A stretch of 64,000 nucleotides of DNA from Eledone cirrhosa (Eukaryota): NCBI GenBank assembly GCA_964016885.1, contig OZ024741.1:86490001-86554000 (forward strand), in the 5' to 3' direction. Of this stretch, positions 62,900 to 64,000 are shown one piece after another. The notes below the pieces were generated by a model that was not told the DNA's origin, searched no databases, and was given only the letters and a program-made list of their open reading frames with translations. The position numbers and the translations under genes were made by a program. The stretch's first letter is position 1, and each line of letters begins with the position of its first letter.

Positions 62900-63119
62900 C
62901 CCTTTAATGTTCAAACTGGCCAAAACAGGCCAGAATTCTCTATCTCTTTCTATTGAAACTGGCTGTAACTGGTCGCTCAAACTGATGTTAAGGTATTGTT
63001 CTCAAAATAAATACTTTCAAAATCTCAAAGATTCGATATTATGTGAGATAATTATGCGAGGTAAAGCTTTTACCATGAAAATATAATAGTATACATAGAG
63101 CAATGTGAATACTAAAGGG
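62900..63119. mobile_element. piggyBac-type MITE copy
   Basis: TTAA|CCCTTTAA...TAAAGGG|TTAA. Confidence 0.8.
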
Positions 63120-63619
63120 TTAAAGGTGAAGTAAGAGTATACATATTGACTGAAGTGCACAAAGTCATTTATTTTCACTCTATATTTGTCAACAACTAGA
63201 ATAAACATTTATGAAAATATATACTCCTTTTCTCTATTTCTTTTGTATCCTTTTTTCCCTTTTCTCAAATTGCTGCTTTGTTTCAATACTGTATTTGTAG
63301 ACCTTATTAACTCTTAACATCCTAAAATGATTTAGCAGAAAATATCTAAAAACAAGTTTAATTCAAATGGTTATAGTACAGTATCTTTACTAGCAGACAG
63401 ATTGTTGTGAATATTTGCAGTATTTGGCTAAAAGACTTAAATTTGTAATTTGATATGGCCATTGTGCTGTTTTATACTTTTTAGTTTCAGAATATTTATG
63501 GTTATGGGGGTCTATCTCCAAAACCATAGGAGGAGTTCATGAACAAACAAACAAACAGACAGGAACTACAACTTTATATCTATCTATAATATTATAAAGC
63601 TGAGTGTTATGTGTATGTA

Positions 63620-63970
63620 TTATCATCATCATCATTTCATTTCATTTTACGTCCGCTTTTTCCCTGCTTGCAAGGGTGGGATGGGAACTGATTCTGGCTT
63701 GATTTCTACAGTTGGATGCCGTTCCTAACACCAACCTCATTTTACAGTGAGTGCTGGGTGCTTTTTTGCCGTGGCACCTCCACGACCACTTTACAGTGGA
63801 ATAATATGGACCCCAGTCTCTATCATCTCATTTCTACAGCTGAGTAAACTGGAGCAATGAGAAATAAAGTGTCTTGCTCAAGGAAACAACACATCACCCG
63901 GTCTGAGAATTGAACTCACAACCTTTCGATTGCAAGGCCAATGGTCTAACCACTAAGCCATGTGCTTCCA
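63620..63970 (-). mobile_element. tRNA-headed SINE
   Basis: Homologous to 60410-60767. Confidence 0.85.
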
Positions 63971-64000
63971 TATTATGTATGTATGTATGTATGTATCCTA

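Overview
AT-rich, microsatellite- and transposon-dense animal genomic DNA; the RTE LINE, SINE and MITE content looks octopod/cephalopod-like (inferred, not proven). Two spliced minus-strand host genes can be rebuilt from GT-AG sites and reading phase. (1) The 5' part of a polypeptide N-acetylgalactosaminyltransferase (GALNT): exons 34332-34657, 13615-13781, 10853-11030, 8823-9014, plus a second homologous copy of exon 4 at <1-152. (2) The last three exons of an Rnd/RhoE-like atypical Rho GTPase (59801-59910, 56009-56143, 52948-53193) ending in CVVM. Most of the rest is mobile DNA: several RTE LINEs, tRNA-headed SINEs, a GC-rich 4.1 kb Gypsy-type LTR element, an internally deleted R4/Dong element, a Merlin transposon, Helitrons, a mariner remnant, piggyBac-type MITEs, a 1.5 kb foldback and decayed hammerhead cores. 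The most unusual signals are an LTR primer-binding site complementary to the 5' end (not the CCA end) of tRNA-Phe, a duplicated and possibly mutually exclusive GALNT catalytic exon, an invertebrate Rnd, and long intronic inverted repeats.
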